This document shows positions 35,777 to 44,873 of a DNA stretch of 64,000 bases, one piece after another. The stretch comes from Acidimicrobiales bacterium. Its GTDB lineage: Bacteria > Actinomycetota > Acidimicrobiia > Acidimicrobiales > SZUA-35. The position numbers and the translations under genes are program-made. Each line of letters begins with the position of its first letter. The stretch's first letter is position 1. The stretch covers positions 45,587-109,586 of the forward strand of contig JAHDCV010000003.1 of assembly GCA_020629695.1 (NCBI GenBank), written 5' to 3'. The notes under the pieces are model-generated. The model was not told the origin of the DNA. It searched no databases and saw only the letters and a list, made by a program, of their open reading frames with translations.

Positions 35777-35929
35777 ATGAACCCTCCTGTTGCCGCTCCG
35801 TCGCTCGACACCACCGACGAGTCCGTCACGGCCGACCCCGGCGTCACCGAGGCCGTCGTCGACCCGCTCGTCGACGACGAGCTGCTCGTCGAGGAGATCT
35901 CGATCGACGGGATGTGCGGCGTCTACTGA
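35777..35929 (+). CDS. mftA: Mycofactocin precursor peptide MftA
   Basis: 50 aa ending in ...DDELLVEEISIDGMCGVY, the invariant MftA C-terminus (IDGMCGVY). ATG 35777 lies inside track ORF 35723..35929. Confidence 0.93.
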   Translation: MNPPVAAPSLDTTDESVTADPGVTEAVVDPLVDDELLVEEISIDGMCGVY

Positions 35930-35933
35930 GCCG

Positions 35934-36251
35934 GTGTCCGTCGATCTCGATCAAGCCTGGGAGCTGAACGACCAGGTCGCGCTGCGGCCCGAGCCGTTCG
36001 GCGCGCTCGCCTACCACTACGGCAACCGTCGCCTCACGTTCCTCCGGGCCCATGAGCTCGTCGAGGTCGTCGAACGGCTCGCCGAGACCACCGACGTGGC
36101 CGACGCCTTCGATCGGGCCGGGGTCGCCGAGACCCGTCGGCCCGCCTTCCTCAAGGCACTCGCCGCCCTCGCCGCCGGCGACTTCATCCGTCCCCGAACC
36201 ACCGCGACGGATTCCCGTGGCGCCAGCACGACCGACACCGAGGCCGCATGA
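35934..36251 (+). CDS. mftB: Mycofactocin peptide chaperone MftB (PqqD-like RRE protein)
   Basis: GTG 35934, 4 nt after the mftA stop. WELNDQVALRPEPFGALAYHYGNRRLTFL is the MftB/PqqD-like pattern, and the gene sits between mftA and mftC. Confidence 0.88.
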   Translation: MSVDLDQAWELNDQVALRPEPFGALAYHYGNRRLTFLRAHELVEVVERLAETTDVADAFDRAGVAETRRPAFLKALAALAAGDFIRPRTTATDSRGASTTDTEAA

Positions 36252-37387
36252 CCACCGCTCCCCCGTCGCCCAACCGCCTGACCGATCAGATGAAGGCCGG
36301 GCTCGACGCCCCGATCTGCCTCACATGGGAACTGACCTACGCCTGCAACCTGGCGTGCGTGCACTGCCTGTCGTCGTCGGGCCGTCGCGACCCGCGTGAG
36401 CTGGACACCGCCGAGGCCGAGGCCGTCATCGACGAACTGCAGCGGATGCAGGTGTTCTATGTGAACATCGGCGGCGGCGAACCGACCATCCGTCCGGACT
36501 TCTTCCATCTCGTCGACTACGCGGTCGACCACGGCGTCGGCGTGAAGTTCTCCACGAACGGCTCCCGGATCGATGCGGATGTCGCCCGACGCCTCGCAGG
36601 CAGCGACTACATCGACATCCAGCTCTCGATCGACGGCGCCGACGCCGCGACGAACGACGCCGTGCGCGGCGAGGGCTCGTTCGCGACCGCGATCGAGGCC
36701 ATGGAGCATCTCGCCGCGGCCGACTTCGGCGAGTTCAAGATCTCGGTGGTGATGACCCGCCACAACGTGGCACAGCTCGATGCGTTCCAGACGCTGGCCG
36801 ACCGCTACGGCGCCCAGCTCCGACTCACCCGGCTGCGCCCGTCCGGACGCGGCGTGGACTCCTGGGACGAGCTCCATCTGCGAGCCGAGCAGCAGGTCCA
36901 GCTCTACCACTGGCTGCTCGACCGGCCCGAGACGCTCACGGGCGACTCGTTCTTCCACCTGAATGCACTCGGCCCCGAGAACCTGCCCGGCCTGAACCTG
37001 TGCGGTGCCGGACGTGTCGTGTGCCTGATCGACCCGGTCGGCGACGTCTACGCCTGCCCGTTCGTGCTGCACGACGAGTTCCGTGCCGGCAACGTCCGCG
37101 ACACCGGCGGGTTCACCCGTATCTGGCGTGAGTCGGACCTGTTCACCGAGCTGCGTGAGCCCCAGTCGGCCGGTGCGTGTGCGTCGTGCGGCGAGTTCGA
37201 CGCCTGCCAGGGCGGGTGCATGGCGGCGAAGTTCTTCACCGGACTGCCGCTCGACGGCCCGGACCCCGAGTGCGTGACCGGGCACGGCGAACTCGCCCTC
37301 GCGTCGGCCGGGTCGATCCCTTCGACGACCTCGGACCACTCCAAGCCCGTCCGGGTGGCGTTGTCACCCACCCGTCGACAGGGCTGA
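36248..37387 (+). CDS. mftC: Mycofactocin radical SAM maturase MftC (SPASM domain)
   Basis: LTYACNLACVHC (CxxxCxxC) and C-terminal SPASM cysteines (CGAGRVVC...CPF...CASCGEFDACQGGC). ATGA overlap with mftB. Confidence 0.95.
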   Translation: MTTAPPSPNRLTDQMKAGLDAPICLTWELTYACNLACVHCLSSSGRRDPRELDTAEAEAVIDELQRMQVFYVNIGGGEPTIRPDFFHLVDYAVDHGVGVKFSTNGSRIDADVARRLAGSDYIDIQLSIDGADAATNDAVRGEGSFATAIEAMEHLAAADFGEFKISVVMTRHNVAQLDAFQTLADRYGAQLRLTRLRPSGRGVDSWDELHLRAEQQVQLYHWLLDRPETLTGDSFFHLNALGPENLPGLNLCGAGRVVCLIDPVGDVYACPFVLHDEFRAGNVRDTGGFTRIWRESDLFTELREPQSAGACASCGEFDACQGGCMAAKFFTGLPLDGPDPECVTGHGELALASAGSIPSTTSDHSKPVRVALSPTRRQG

Positions 37388-37495
37388 ACCGCACCGCCTC
37401 CTGCGGGCCTGACGATCCGCCGCCGGCTGCTCTACGCTCCCGCTCGATCGCGATCCACGCGTTCTGGTTCCCGACCCACCGAGAGAGAGACCCCC

Positions 37496-37996
37496 ATGGC
37501 AACGATCACGCTCCGCGGCAACCCGATGGACACCGTCGGCGAGGTGCCGGCCGCCGGGACGACGGCCCCCGACTTCACGCTCACGGGCGGCGACCTCGGC
37601 CCCGTCACGAAGGACTCGCTCGCCGGGAGCCGCGTCGTGCTGAACATCTTCCCCAGCGTCGACACGCCGACCTGTGCGACGTCGGTCCGGACCTTCAACG
37701 CCCGCGCCGCCGAGATGGACAACACCAAGATCGTCAACGTCTCCGCCGACCTGCCGTTCGCCCAGGGTCGGTTCTGTGGTGCGGAGGGCATCGAGAACGC
37801 CTCGACCGCGTCGACCTTCCGCAGCCCCTCGTTCCAGGAGGACTACGGCGTCAAGGTCGGCGAGGGTGTCTTCGCCGGTCTGTGCGCACGGGCCGTGGTC
37901 GTGCTCGACACCGATGGCACGGTGCTGCACAGCGAGCTGGTCGGTGAGATCGCCGACGAACCCGACTACGACGCCGCCATCAACGCCCTCGCCTGA
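37496..37996 (+). CDS. tpx: Thiol peroxidase Tpx
   Basis: APDFTLTGGDL ... LNIFPSVDTPTCATS carries the peroxidatic Cys context. 166 aa, with a GAGAGAGAG SD-like tract upstream. Confidence 0.92.
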   Translation: MATITLRGNPMDTVGEVPAAGTTAPDFTLTGGDLGPVTKDSLAGSRVVLNIFPSVDTPTCATSVRTFNARAAEMDNTKIVNVSADLPFAQGRFCGAEGIENASTASTFRSPSFQEDYGVKVGEGVFAGLCARAVVVLDTDGTVLHSELVGEIADEPDYDAAINALA

Positions 37997-38031
37997 CCGA
38001 GACCCGGTGGCCTGACCGTCGGACGGTCTGG

Positions 38032-38048
38032 CCCGGGTTCACCCCGGG
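38032..38048. terminator. Small GC hairpin between convergent tpx and the lipoprotein gene
   Basis: CCCGGG-TTCAC-CCCGGG. A 15-bp palindrome GACCGTC-G-GACGGTC also lies at 38014-38028. Confidence 0.25.
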
Positions 38049-39071
38049 TCAGATCGTCCAGCTGTCGGCGATCAGGGCGAGGAGCAGCGGTTCGGGGCCA
38101 CTCGTGTCGAGCACGACCCGCACGCTCGTCCAGTCGAGCCCGCCGTAGAGCTCGGTCCCGGCGTTGTGGAACTCCACGACCTTGGCGTCGGGGAAGACCT
38201 CCGCGGTGTTCACGATCGTGTTGCCCCGACTCACGACGACGTCGTGGCCGATCACCTCGGTCGCACTCAGCGCGCCGCTGCTGGCCAGGCCGGCGAGGAA
38301 GTCGGCGATGGTCGACTCGATGGGGTCGCCCGTCCCGTCCTGGGCTCCCCAGACCCGGGTGCCGGTGTCCGTGGCGAGTTCGGACGCCGTCAGCACGACG
38401 TCGTTGTCGATGTCGATGAAGCCGTCGGACGAGAACAACACCCCGTCCGGGCCGACCCGCGCCGCCAGCGCCGTGCGGTCGGAGAGCTCGCCGACGATCT
38501 CGAGCGCCGCCACCGAGGCCACCGAGTCGGGGATGCCTTCGTCCCGGATCGGCGCAGGAACGGCCTGGATGAACGACACCGCGACCCAGCCGGCCCCGAC
38601 CGATCCGTCGGGAAGCACGAGCTGGACCGGCACCCAGTCGCGGCTGCCGTCGTTCGAGATCTCGTTGTAGAGCACGAGGCCCGTGGCGTCGTGGGACAGC
38701 GCCGTGAGGATCTCTCCTTCGAGGCCGGGCGCCGCCCGCACGTTGAGGGTGTCGGTCGCGTCGACGCCGGTCACCCGGAATCGACTGGCGAGTTCCTGCC
38801 ACTCGGCGTCGGGCTCGAGCAGATCGACCGTCTCGGCCAGCGTGGTCGAGGGCGCGAGCGCCGGCTCGACGGTGGTCTCGGTGACCGACGCAGCGTCGCT
38901 CGTCGAGGTCGTGTCGGCCGGTGGCAGTGTGGTGGCCACCTGCGTCGTGGGCGTCGGATCGGCGACCTCGACGTCGCCGCCGCCCGTACACGCCGTGCCG
39001 ATCAGGCCGACCACCGCCACGAGCACGACGATTCGTCGGGGTCGAACACGTGCGGGAGCGCTGTTCACCAT
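38049..39071 (-). CDS. Secreted lipoprotein with an SH3b-like domain, unknown function
   Basis: Signal peptide plus lipobox (VVGLIGTA-C), a Thr/Pro-rich linker, and TLNVRAAPGLEGEILTAL (bacterial SH3-like). Confidence 0.7.
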   Translation of the reverse strand: MVNSAPARVRPRRIVVLVAVVGLIGTACTGGGDVEVADPTPTTQVATTLPPADTTSTSDAASVTETTVEPALAPSTTLAETVDLLEPDAEWQELASRFRVTGVDATDTLNVRAAPGLEGEILTALSHDATGLVLYNEISNDGSRDWVPVQLVLPDGSVGAGWVAVSFIQAVPAPIRDEGIPDSVASVAALEIVGELSDRTALAARVGPDGVLFSSDGFIDIDNDVVLTASELATDTGTRVWGAQDGTGDPIESTIADFLAGLASSGALSATEVIGHDVVVSRGNTIVNTAEVFPDAKVVEFHNAGTELYGGLDWTSVRVVLDTSGPEPLLLALIADSWTI

Positions 39072-39201
39072 GACCGGAGGCTAGAGGCTCGACCCCGCCG
39101 AGTCCGGGACTGCCGACCGGTGGAGGTGCTGTGCCATCATGGCGGCTCCACGGCCGGGACGACGAGCGCCCGCGGTCGACGAAGCCCAGGAGCACCCCCG
39201 A

Positions 39202-41487
39202 ATGGTCGGACTGATCGGCACCCGCGTCGAGCGCAACGAGGATCCCCTCCTCCTCACCGTCGGCGGCAAGTACGTCGATGACCTGGCTCCGGCCGATGCA
39301 CTCCACGTCACCTTCGTGCGATCGACCATGGCCCATGCCCGGATCACCGTCGACACGAGCGATGCGGCCGACGCCGACGGCGTCGTCGGGGTGTTCACCG
39401 CCACCGACCTCGAACTCACGCCGTTCCCGCCGGACATGCCACTGCTCAACCAGCAGATGCTCCGCACCCATCTCGCCACCGACACCGTGAGGTTCGTCGG
39501 CGAGCCGATCGCCGTCGTCGTCACCGATGACCGTGCCGCGGGAGTCGACGCCGCCGAGCTCGTCGTCGTCGACTACGACCCGCTTCCGGCCGTGGTCGAC
39601 CCCGGCTCGTCGATCGGTGCCGATCCGGTCTTCCCTGAGGCCGGGACCAACGTCGTGTTCGCACTCCCGTTCGCCGAGCCCGAGCAGAACCCGATGGACG
39701 ACTGTGAGGTCACCGTCTCGCTCTCGTTCCGCAATCAGCGCCTCGCTCCCTGTCCGCTCGAGCCGCGTTCGACCGCCGCGAGCTGGGACGGCGAACGCCT
39801 CACCCAGTGGTCGACGACCCAGGGTGCGCACGGAACCCGCGATGCCGTCGCCCGCCACACCGGTCTCGATCCCGAGGCCGTCCGGATCATCTGCCCCGAC
39901 GTCGGAGGTGGCTTCGGCGCCAAGAACGGCGGGTACCCGGAGGACATCGTCGTGGCCATGTTGGCCATGCGCCTCGACCGGCCGATGCGCTGGGCCGAGA
40001 CCCGGACCGAGTCGATGCTGGGCCTCGTCCACGGACGCGGCCAGGACTTCGAGGCCACACTCGGCGGCGATCGTGCGGGCAATCTGTCGGTGTATCGACT
40101 CCACATCACTCAGGACGCCGGCGCCTATCCCGCCATCGGTGCCGTGCTTCCGTTCATCACGGCGCAGATGGCCACCGGGGTCTATGACATCCCGACCATG
40201 CAGTTCTCGTCGAACTCCGTGATCACGAACACGGTGCCGATGGGTGCGTATCGAGGTGCCGGGCGGCCGGAGGCGGCCGCCGCGATCGAGCGGATGATCG
40301 ATCTGTACGCGAACGAGATCGGCATGGATCCGGCCGAGGTGCGGCGACGCAACGCCTGGCCCGACGACGCCTTCCCGCTCACGACGTCGGCCGGCGCCAA
40401 CATGGACACCGGCGCCTACACCACGGTGCTCGATCGGGCGCTCGCCGAGGCCGACTACGCCGGCTTGCGGGCACGACAGGCCGAACGCCGCGACGCCGGC
40501 GACGGGCCGCTGCTCGGCATCGGGATGTCGTTGTACGTCGAGATCACGAACCCGATGAGCAACGAGGAGTACGGCTCGATGACCGTGCACCCCGACGGAT
40601 CGGCGACCGTGCTGACCGGATCGTCGGCCCACGGGCAGGGGCACCACACCTCCTTCGCGATGATCGCGTCGGACACCACCGGGATCCCGTTCGATCGCAT
40701 CGAGGTCCGCCACGGCGACACCGACGAGGTCCCCCGCGGCGGTGGAACGGGCGGATCGAAGTCGCTCCAGGTCGGCGGATCAGCGGTCCGAGGCGCGGCG
40801 ATCGAGGCCGTCGAGCGCGGTCGTCAGCTGGCCGCCGACCTGCTCGAGGCGAACCCCGACGACATCACACTCGACGTCACGACGGGCCGCTTCCACGTCG
40901 CCGGAACCCCGGCGGTCGACGTCGGTTGGGGCGAGGTCGCCACGAAGGCGATGGCCGACGCCGAGCCGGACCCCGACTCGGTCGAGGTCCGTGGCCTCAA
41001 GACCGAGCACGACTTCCAGCCCGGTGGGGCGACGTTCCCCTTCGGGGCCCACATCGCCGTGGTCGACGTCGACCCGGCCACCGGTGAGGTCACGCTCGTC
41101 CGGCATGTCGCCGTCGACGACGCCGGCACCATCATCAACCCGATGCTCGTCGACGGCCAGGTGCACGGTGGTCTCGCCCAGGGCATCGCGCAGGCGCTGA
41201 TCGAGGAGTTCGTCTACGACGACGCCGGCAATCCGCTGACGTCGAACTTCATGGACTACGGCATCCCCGCGGCGACCGAGCTGCCGACGTTCGAGCGCTT
41301 CCCGAACGTCACGCCCACTCCCCACAATCCGCTTGGGGCGAAGGGCATCGGCGAATCGGGCACGATCGGCGCCACACCCGCCGTGCAGAACGCCGTGGTC
41401 GATGCGCTCGCGCACCTCGGCGTCACCCACGTCGACATCCCGACCACACCCGAGCGGGTGTGGCGGGCGATGCAGCGGTCGGGCTGA
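39202..41487 (+). CDS. Molybdopterin-binding large subunit of the xanthine dehydrogenase/CoxL family (form II-like)
   Basis: RVERNEDPLLLTVGGKYVDD N-terminus, the active-site loop GAYRGAGRPEA, and the C-terminal GAKGIGESGTIGATPAV. ATG 39202 lies within track ORF 39139. Confidence 0.9.
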   Translation: MVGLIGTRVERNEDPLLLTVGGKYVDDLAPADALHVTFVRSTMAHARITVDTSDAADADGVVGVFTATDLELTPFPPDMPLLNQQMLRTHLATDTVRFVGEPIAVVVTDDRAAGVDAAELVVVDYDPLPAVVDPGSSIGADPVFPEAGTNVVFALPFAEPEQNPMDDCEVTVSLSFRNQRLAPCPLEPRSTAASWDGERLTQWSTTQGAHGTRDAVARHTGLDPEAVRIICPDVGGGFGAKNGGYPEDIVVAMLAMRLDRPMRWAETRTESMLGLVHGRGQDFEATLGGDRAGNLSVYRLHITQDAGAYPAIGAVLPFITAQMATGVYDIPTMQFSSNSVITNTVPMGAYRGAGRPEAAAAIERMIDLYANEIGMDPAEVRRRNAWPDDAFPLTTSAGANMDTGAYTTVLDRALAEADYAGLRARQAERRDAGDGPLLGIGMSLYVEITNPMSNEEYGSMTVHPDGSATVLTGSSAHGQGHHTSFAMIASDTTGIPFDRIEVRHGDTDEVPRGGGTGGSKSLQVGGSAVRGAAIEAVERGRQLAADLLEANPDDITLDVTTGRFHVAGTPAVDVGWGEVATKAMADAEPDPDSVEVRGLKTEHDFQPGGATFPFGAHIAVVDVDPATGEVTLVRHVAVDDAGTIINPMLVDGQVHGGLAQGIAQALIEEFVYDDAGNPLTSNFMDYGIPAATELPTFERFPNVTPTPHNPLGAKGIGESGTIGATPAVQNAVVDALAHLGVTHVDIPTTPERVWRAMQRSG

Positions 41488-41488
41488 G

Positions 41489-44338
41489 TCAGGCTCGAGT
41501 GCTGGACAACTCGTGCAGGATGCGCAGGACGGCCGGAATCCCACCGACGGCCTGTTCGACCGGCTGCGGCCGGGCGAACCGGAACCCCTGGGCGAACGTT
41601 CCGCCCGAGTCTCGGTAGGCGGCGGCCTGCTCGTCGGTCTCGACCCCTTCGGCGATCACGAACAGGCCGAGCGACCCGCCCAGTCCGAGCACGACGGCGA
41701 CCACGTCGGCCTGCGCATCGGGCTGGTCGAGTTCGGCGACGAAGCTGCGGTCGATCTTGACCGTGTCGACCGGCAACCGACGGAGATGGCTGAGTGAGCT
41801 GAAGCCCGTCCCGAAGTCGTCGAGCGAGATCCGCAGGCCCATGGAGCGGAGGGCGTCGAGCCGCGACACGGCGACGTCGAGCTGCTCCATCACGGCGGTC
41901 TCGGTGACCTCGAAGGTGATGAGCTCCGGTCGCACGCCCGACTCGGCGAGCATGACCTGCACGGCATCGACCAGGTCCTCCTCGGCCAGTTCCCGGGCCG
42001 ACAGATTGATCGCGACCCCGCACCCCGGCACCGCGTCCTGCCAGGTCGCGGTGTCGGTCATGGCCCGACGCATGAGCTGGCGGCCGAGGGGCACGATCAG
42101 ACCCGTCTCCTCGGCCACCGGGATGAACTCCGCCGGCGACACCGGCGTGCCGGCGCGGTTCCACCGGGCGAGCGCCTCGAAGCCGGTGACGGCGCCCGCG
42201 CCGAGGTCGACGACCGGCTGGTAGTGGAGGGTGAGCTCGTCGCCCTCGATCGCCTCGCGCAGCGCGAGCTCGAGACTGTTGCGTTCTGCGGACCGATCGG
42301 CGAGCTCCACGGTGAACGTCGCGAACCGATCTCGGCCGAGATCCTTCGCCCGGTACATGGCGAGGTCTGCGCGAACGAGTGCCTCACCAGCGGAACAGTC
42401 CAGTGCGGATTTCGTGACCACACCGATCGAGCCGCTCAGCCGCATCGGGCCGACCGAGGTCGTGATCGGCCGGCGGAGGGCGTCGCTCAGGCGGTCCGCG
42501 AGCACCATCGCCTGGTCGTCGCTCTCGCACGCGGTGCAGAGCAACACGAACTCATCGCCGCCATAGCGGGCGAGCATGTCCGGCTCCCGGGTGAGCGACC
42601 GGAGCCGTGTCGCGATCGCCCGGAGGACCTCGTCGCCGACGGCGTGGCCGTGCGCGTCGTTGACGATCTTGAACCGGTCGAGATCGATGAAGAAGACCGC
42701 CCCGATCCGACGGTCGCCGGCTCGATCCTCCTCGAGCAGGCGAACCACCTCGCCGCGGTTGAGCAGGCCGGTCAGGGCGTCGTGGGATGCCTGGTGTCGC
42801 AGGGCTCGCTGCTGCTCGAACCGCTGTGTCTCGTCACGGATGACGAGGCTGAGGCCACGGCTGGCGCCGTCGTGCCACGCCGCCAGGGCCTGGACGTGGC
42901 GGAGGCCATCGTCGTGGATGATCAGCAGTGGTGTCTCGCTCGACACCCGATCGGTTCGAGGGCCGACGTCGCCGGCCTCGCCAGCCAGGGGTTCGATCGC
43001 GTTGGTCAGCAGATCCACCATCGGATCGACGAATCGGGATCCCCGCCGGTTCGGCACGAACAGCCGGCACAACGGCTGACCGATCACATCGCGTCCGAAC
43101 AGCCGCTCGGCCGCGGGATTGGCCTCGACGACGACGAAGCCGTCGTCGACGTCGAGGATCGCCTCGGCGACCGCATCGAACACCGACCGCAGCCGGGCGT
43201 GGACCCGCTCGATCTCCTCCCGACGTTGGACCTCGACACGCTCGGCGTCCTGGAGGCGTGCGGCCATCGAGTCGACCGAGCGGGCCAACTCCCCGACCTC
43301 GTCGATCCGGTCCGAGCCGATGCGGACGTCGAGTTCACCTCGGCCGATCCGACGTGTGGCGAACGCGATCTCGCGGATCGGCCGGCTGAGGCGCTCCCCG
43401 AAGATCAGCGCCGCGATCATGGCGAGGGCCACACCCGTCGCCAGGGCCCCGAGCATGGTCGCCCGGTACTCGTCGACGCCGTACATCGCTTCCGAGCGAT
43501 CCATCTTCACCACGACGCCCCAGCCACTGACCGGTTCGATCCTGGTGACGGCCAACACCGGCTCCGAGCGATAGTCCCGGCTGTCGACGAACCGCGCGGC
43601 CACACCGTTGACGGCCTGGATGATCGGGAGATCGGTCCGTTCGGCCGGGACGGACCCCGAGAGGACGGCGCCGGGCCGGAACCGGAGGGGCGAGATGAAC
43701 GACGCCGAACCGTCGGGGTTGCGCTGTGCGATGCTCGTCTCGCCCGTCTCGGACAGGCCGGTGTAGTCGAGGCCCACGGCGGTGACCGCCATCAGGTCGA
43801 TCTCGACCACGAGCCGCCCGAGTTCCGCGTCCGCCGCACCGGCGAACCCGGGAATGCCGACCTCGACGAATCCCGAAGGCGACCCGTGCCCGGCGGCCAT
43901 CGCTCGAATGGCCGGACCGGGCCCAGCGGCCCGCCGATCCGGTGTGAATCCGTCGACCGCCTCGCGAGGAAGACCGGCGACGGGCCTGCCGTTCGTGTCC
44001 AGCCGGACGACGGACCGCACATCGGCGAACGACGCGAGCACCTCGCTGAGGTGTTCCTGTTCGGCGACCGGGCCCAGCATGATCGCCAGGCGGTAGTCCG
44101 GGTCCGACGCGATCACGTCCGCGATCTCGAGGTCGCCACGCACGATCTCGGTGAGCCGCCCGACCTGGGCCGAGGCCTGCCCCTCCAACCGGGTGAGCAC
44201 ACTGTCGGTGACGAGATCGGCCTGACGCTGCGCGGCGACGACGGCGAAGAGCCCGAGGGGCAGCGTGGCGACGGCGATCGAGGCGATCACGAGGCGGATG
44301 CGAAGCGACCGGAAGCGAGGCTCGGGCGATGAAGCCAT
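41489..44338 (-). CDS. Membrane sensor with HAMP-PAS-GGDEF-EAL domains (c-di-GMP turnover)
   Basis: Two TM helices flank a large extracytoplasmic domain. HAMP follows, then an intact GGDEF (RYGGDEFVLL) and an EAL (FEALARW ... DDFGTGFSSL). Confidence 0.92.
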   Translation of the reverse strand: MASSPEPRFRSLRIRLVIASIAVATLPLGLFAVVAAQRQADLVTDSVLTRLEGQASAQVGRLTEIVRGDLEIADVIASDPDYRLAIMLGPVAEQEHLSEVLASFADVRSVVRLDTNGRPVAGLPREAVDGFTPDRRAAGPGPAIRAMAAGHGSPSGFVEVGIPGFAGAADAELGRLVVEIDLMAVTAVGLDYTGLSETGETSIAQRNPDGSASFISPLRFRPGAVLSGSVPAERTDLPIIQAVNGVAARFVDSRDYRSEPVLAVTRIEPVSGWGVVVKMDRSEAMYGVDEYRATMLGALATGVALAMIAALIFGERLSRPIREIAFATRRIGRGELDVRIGSDRIDEVGELARSVDSMAARLQDAERVEVQRREEIERVHARLRSVFDAVAEAILDVDDGFVVVEANPAAERLFGRDVIGQPLCRLFVPNRRGSRFVDPMVDLLTNAIEPLAGEAGDVGPRTDRVSSETPLLIIHDDGLRHVQALAAWHDGASRGLSLVIRDETQRFEQQRALRHQASHDALTGLLNRGEVVRLLEEDRAGDRRIGAVFFIDLDRFKIVNDAHGHAVGDEVLRAIATRLRSLTREPDMLARYGGDEFVLLCTACESDDQAMVLADRLSDALRRPITTSVGPMRLSGSIGVVTKSALDCSAGEALVRADLAMYRAKDLGRDRFATFTVELADRSAERNSLELALREAIEGDELTLHYQPVVDLGAGAVTGFEALARWNRAGTPVSPAEFIPVAEETGLIVPLGRQLMRRAMTDTATWQDAVPGCGVAINLSARELAEEDLVDAVQVMLAESGVRPELITFEVTETAVMEQLDVAVSRLDALRSMGLRISLDDFGTGFSSLSHLRRLPVDTVKIDRSFVAELDQPDAQADVVAVVLGLGGSLGLFVIAEGVETDEQAAAYRDSGGTFAQGFRFARPQPVEQAVGGIPAVLRILHELSSTRA

Positions 44339-44386
44339 GGGTCTTCATCGGTCCCGGGACGCAGAACCTGAGTCGATCGGCCCAGA

Positions 44387-44794
44387 TCACCCCGGATCGA
44401 TGGGTCTCGCGACGCTCAGCTCATGGCCGTCCGGATCACGGATGTGGAAGTACCGCTCGCCCCAGGGAGCATCGCTCGGAGTCGTCTCGGAGACGAAACC
44501 TCGGTCGGCGAAGCGGGCGTGGATCTCGTCGGGGTCGTCGACGTGCACGATCCAGCGTCCCCACCCGACCCGATCGGTCGGCGCCGCCGGCCCGACCGGG
44601 TCGGTGCCTTCGCGCCGCAGCGCGAGGTTGAGAAACGATCCGTCGTGGATGTCGTCGCCACCCAGTCGGATCGAGGTGAACGCCGAGTCGGAACCGCCGA
44701 ACACGATCGTGCCGGCGAGCACCGCATAGAACTCGACCGACGCCGACATGTCGGTGACGTGCAGGGTGACGGCGCTCAGTCGGACGGTGCCCAC
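44387..44794 (-). CDS. VOC-family (glyoxalase/bleomycin resistance) protein
   Basis: LSAVTLHVTDMSASVEFY ... DPDGHEL. Confidence 0.8.
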   Translation of the reverse strand: MGTVRLSAVTLHVTDMSASVEFYAVLAGTIVFGGSDSAFTSIRLGGDDIHDGSFLNLALRREGTDPVGPAAPTDRVGWGRWIVHVDDPDEIHARFADRGFVSETTPSDAPWGERYFHIRDPDGHELSVARPIDPG

Positions 44795-44873
44795 GAGTCG
44801 AAGTGTGCTGGATGGACCACCCCGTCCGGGTGATCCTGCTCAACATCGCCGCCGCGCTGCCGACGGGCGGATC

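Noticed and set aside
37966-40713. 915-aa minus-strand ORF, the longest in the track apart from the real genes
   Set aside because: It runs antisense to the CoxL-like gene and the lipoprotein gene. Its translation is Arg/Gly/His/Asp-rich with RRRR runs and no recognisable motif, while the opposite strand has clear Mo-hydroxylase motifs. This is a typical high-GC shadow ORF.
42224-44332. 702-aa plus-strand ORF
   Set aside because: It is antisense to the GGDEF-EAL sensor, whose own frame shows intact HAMP, GGDEF and EAL motifs.
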